A DNA stretch of 61,869 nt, filler included, from Candidatus Eiseniibacteriota bacterium (lineage in GTDB: Bacteria > Orphanbacterota > Orphanbacteria > Orphanbacterales > Orphanbacteraceae): assembly GCA_043809585.1 (NCBI GenBank). It is 4 parts of 4 records of this genome, joined end to end, with 100 filler letters (N's around TTAATTAATTAA, not from the genome) between each part and the next. Parts side by side here need not be neighbours in the genome. Positions count along the whole stretch, not along the records: positions 58,950 to 61,869 come from JBDROZ010000102.1; 3 more parts are not named here. One strand, given 5' to 3'. The notes beneath the pieces were generated by a model. It was not told the DNA's origin. It searched no databases and worked only from the letters and a program-made list of their open reading frames with translations. The position numbers and the translations under genes are program-made. Shown one piece after another: positions 59,125-61,869 of the stretch. How positions within the stretch are numbered: the stretch's first letter is position 1; the number at the start of each line of letters is the position of its first letter.

Positions 59125-59661
59125 TCAGCGCTTCCGGCGCGGCCCGCGCCCGCGGTCGTAGACTTCGCCCCGTCCCCCTTCCCATGGCATGGAGCGGAAA
59201 TACTTCTCCCGCTGTTCCGGGGAGAGCGTCTCCATCTCCCGGAGCATCGTCTCCGCCACCAGCGAATCGAGCTTCGCCTGGGCGCGGCTTAGCTCACCAA
59301 CGAGGGCGCGGACATGGGCGGGATCGACGCCGGCGACTCCGTAGGCGTCGTGGATGGCGGTCCGCCCTTCGTGGACCCGCGTGCGTTGCTCGAGGATGAG
59401 GGGCATCATCTCGGACGCCACGGCGCGCATCGCCTCCCGTTCCTCTTCATCGAGGCCGAGACGGTCCGCGAGCCGTTCGATGTGATGGCGGGCGAATTCG
59501 CCCGGCCGCCCCCCCTTCTCTCCACGGGGTCCGCGGAGGAACGGGGGCGGATCGAACCGGCCCTCCGCCCTTTCGACGCCGCTCCGGGTCTTGATCGTGA
59601 GCCCGATGTTCAGGCCGATGGAGAGGGCGAGGACGATCACCAGGACCCAGGACCATTTCAT
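59125..59661 (-). CDS. Spy/CpxP-like periplasmic heavy-metal sensor family protein
   Basis: TM SIGLNIG motif; LGLDEEE; LSPEQR (LTxxQ-like). Confidence 0.8.
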   Translation of the reverse strand: MKWSWVLVIVLALSIGLNIGLTIKTRSGVERAEGRFDPPPFLRGPRGEKGGRPGEFARHHIERLADRLGLDEEEREAMRAVASEMMPLILEQRTRVHEGRTAIHDAYGVAGVDPAHVRALVGELSRAQAKLDSLVAETMLREMETLSPEQREKYFRSMPWEGGRGEVYDRGRGPRRKR

Positions 59662-60128
59662 GGCGCGTCCTCCCCTCCGGCGGCCGAGGCCAGGAGGTAC
59701 ACGTCGGCGAGCCCCCCGCCGCCGGAATCGCTCAGGTACGTGCCGACCTCGGACCACGATCCTTCCTGGACGGTCGTTCGGGCCGACTCCCCACCGGGCG
59801 GGAAGAAAAGCCCGAGGAAGATTCCAGCGGCGACGGCGAGGGCGGCCGCGATGCGGATCGGCGCGCTTTTCGCACCGGGCCGCTCGAGGCGGCGGCCCAC
59901 CTCGGGCCAGAAGGAACGGAGCGGCTCGGAGGGCCCGTCCGACTCGAGAAAGCGGACGAGGGCCTCCGCCTCCGCCCAGGCCCGTCCACATTCGGCGCAC
60001 GACCGGCAGTGGGCGCGCACCCGCTCCTCTTCCGACTGCAGGAGCTCCCCGTCGAGGCAGGCGTGAATTCGCTCCCGAACGTGCGCTTCCTTCCCCGCTC
60101 CCTCTTCTCTTTTCGGTCTCTCGTTCAT
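59658..60128 (-). CDS. Zinc-finger (zf-HC2) membrane anti-sigma factor
   Basis: LDGEL...HCRSCAEC (HxxxCxxC) followed by one TM; coupled to the ECF sigma gene. Confidence 0.85.
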   Translation of the reverse strand: MNERPKREEGAGKEAHVRERIHACLDGELLQSEEERVRAHCRSCAECGRAWAEAEALVRFLESDGPSEPLRSFWPEVGRRLERPGAKSAPIRIAAALAVAAGIFLGLFFPPGGESARTTVQEGSWSEVGTYLSDSGGGGLADVYLLASAAGGEDAP

Positions 60129-60673
60129 CGTTCTCCCGCCTTTCCGGCGAGTTCTTTCTTCAGCCCGGCCATCGCCCGCTGGATCAGCGAATCGACGGCG
60201 GCGACGGTGACGCCCATGATCTCCGCGATCTCCTTGTAGCGGAGACCTTCGAACCGGAGGAGCACCAGGGCCTGCCGCTGCCGCTCCGGGAGTTTCCCGA
60301 GGGCGCCTCGCACGGCCCGTTCCGTCTCTCCGCGGATGGCGGCGCGGTCCGGTCTCTCCCCCCCCGAGTCCCGGTCGTGGAGGGAGGGGTCGAAAGGGAC
60401 CCACCGGAGGATCTTGTTCCGGCGAAGGCGGCTTCGGGCCGCGTTGCCCGCGATCCGGAAGAGCCAGCTCTTGAAGCGGCCTTCGGGGCGGTACCGTTTC
60501 GCCTGGCGGTAGACGCGGAGGAAGGTCTCCTGGCCGAGGTCCTGCGCCTCTTCCCGGGAGCCGACCATGCGGTCGAGGAAGGCGAAGACCGGCCGCTCCC
60601 ACCGTTCGACGAGGGCGCGAAAGGCCCCTTCGTCCCCTTCCGCCGTTCGGGCCATGAGGTCGTCATCGTTCAC
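60125..60673 (-). CDS. ECF RNA polymerase sigma factor
   Basis: GDEGAF..LV, AQDLGQETFL, FKSWLFRIA.N, LPERQRQAL, YKEIAEIMG. Confidence 0.94.
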   Translation of the reverse strand: MNDDDLMARTAEGDEGAFRALVERWERPVFAFLDRMVGSREEAQDLGQETFLRVYRQAKRYRPEGRFKSWLFRIAGNAARSRLRRNKILRWVPFDPSLHDRDSGGERPDRAAIRGETERAVRGALGKLPERQRQALVLLRFEGLRYKEIAEIMGVTVAAVDSLIQRAMAGLKKELAGKAGER

Positions 60674-60685
60674 CGGTCCGTCCGT

Positions 60686-60738
60686 CGTCCGTCCCTTCGC
60701 TCACCCTCGCGAGAAAGGGGTCTTGAAACGAGTTCTAG
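60686..60738. repeat. IS/MITE-end remnant (family C), empty CTAG site
   Basis: Matches 40389-40442 and continues CTAGGG without a MITE A insertion. Confidence 0.75.
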
Positions 60739-60795
60739 GGCCGGGCGGCCGCCGGACGAATCGCCCGGCGGCTCCCGGTCGGTCATGGATGCCGG

Positions 60796-61362
60796 TTAGC
60801 GGCCCTTTCGGAATCCCTCGGCGCGTCCGCCACCAGGGCCCCGGCCCGGCCCATCACCGTCGCGATCGCCCGGTCCCCACGATCCGTGACCGCGGTCCCG
60901 GCCGTCCACGGCGCGACAGCGGCCGCGCGGTCCGTGCCCCGGTCCGCCGGAGAAGAACATCTCGTCCCGCTGCTCCGGCGTCAACAAATCCCGGATCGCG
61001 AGCCGTTGATCGAGGCGCATCAGATCCATCTGTGTTCTCAGGTCGCCGATCTTCTTCGTCAGGGCCTTCAGATTCCCGGCGTTCGGCTCGTCTTCGAGGA
61101 ACTCGCCCCGGAGGTCGTGCTTCGCGCGCATCATCTCCTTCCGGAGCTTGTCCATCTCCGCGCGGCCCCGCTCGTGGATTCCCTCCATCTTCTCCTTCTG
61201 CTCGTCCGTCAGATCGAGGCGGGCGGCGAGGCGCTCGATGCGGTAGCCGCCTCCGTCCCGGCCCCTCCCGATCTTACCCCCCCCCGCGGCGGGGGCGGTA
61301 GCGCTCCAGAGCAGAATGGCGGCGACAACGAAGACCGCGATCCCGGCGAGCTTTCTGTTCAT
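60796..61362 (-). CDS. Spy/CpxP family periplasmic chaperone
   Basis: Signal peptide; LDLTDEQKEK and LLTPEQR LTxxQ motifs; SD AAGGAG. Confidence 0.88.
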   Translation of the reverse strand: MNRKLAGIAVFVVAAILLWSATAPAAGGGKIGRGRDGGGYRIERLAARLDLTDEQKEKMEGIHERGRAEMDKLRKEMMRAKHDLRGEFLEDEPNAGNLKALTKKIGDLRTQMDLMRLDQRLAIRDLLTPEQRDEMFFSGGPGHGPRGRCRAVDGRDRGHGSWGPGDRDGDGPGRGPGGGRAEGFRKGR

Positions 61363-61617
61363 ATCATAACTCCTTGCAGGGGTTCAACCTAGGGGCTTCT
61401 CTCTTCGTGCCGGGGCGAAACGGCCCGACCCGTCCATCCGTTCGACATCCCCCTGAACGATTGGGTATCGGGAAACCTGCGAGAGAAACGAGAGACGAAT
61501 CCGCTGGCGACGAAACGGTGCATGAGTAGGTCGGCTTTCCGGGGTGGTGTCGTCGCGAGGCCCGGGCGGAGCGGGGCGAGGGCCCCTTCGGACGAGGAGC
61601 CTCCCGGAGGCATAGCC

Positions 61618-61700
61618 CTAGCCTGGATTATGCACAAATCTCCTACTGCGATCTCGGATCGCCGCCTGCGAAGCCTCCTTTCCGTCGCCGCCTCCTCGAC
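61618..61700 (+). mobile_element. MITE family A, truncated copy (left 83 bp)
   Basis: CTAGCCTGGATTATGCACAAATCTCC... matches the 47987 copy, then diverges abruptly. Confidence 0.85.
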
Positions 61701-61869
61701 GGGGCCCGTCGGGCGCTTGGACTTATCGCGACGACTAGCCTGACTTCCGCAGTTTCGTGCCTCTCGCGGTTTTTTTCGAGGAGGGGGACGGTATAAGTGT
61801 GTGTCCTTGCGTGCTGGGTGGGCGCGGAGGGCCATGTAGTGCCGACCTACCCCCTTGCCTGAGCGGTTT

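Overview
High-GC bacterial DNA, apparently four assembly contigs joined by N-padded TTAATTAATTAA linkers (27837-27936, 43058-43157, 58850-58949), so adjacency across linkers is not biological. FlgD-Ig/T9SS-type-A-like tails, a gingipain and an 'SWGxxKxxYR' tail suggest an FCB-related lineage such as Eisenbacteria/Latescibacterota/Krumholzibacteriota (inference). Contig 1 holds an HD-GYP/HDOD protein, a methyltransferase, a PAS kinase-like gene plus sigma-54 activator, and a sigma-54-driven flgB-to-fliA flagellar basal body/export operon. Its structural and export motifs look intact but its signalling motifs are altered: the kinase has no H-box His, FliM lacks the CheY-binding peptide, FliA has changed -10 recognition residues, motAB and flhF/flhG are absent from their usual positions, and a GGA-rich two-hairpin leader precedes flgE. 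Contig 2 holds a C25 protease with a dockerin-like tail flanked by inverted MITEs, glycosylation genes, a Cys-rich ArsR-linked MacB-type ABC operon, a TPR-peptidase and an SDR. Contig 3 holds pepF, a MacA/MacB-type exporter, mdh, a Tat aldo-keto reductase, several secreted CTD proteins (one pseudogene), a dCMP deaminase and GldG/DUF4340 genes. Contig 4 holds a Spy/CpxP - ECF sigma - anti-sigma - Spy-like cluster. Two related MITE families (CTAG and TCAA target duplications, often at stop codons), an IS-end remnant and REP-like palindromes recur. No rRNA, tRNA or CRISPR array was seen.
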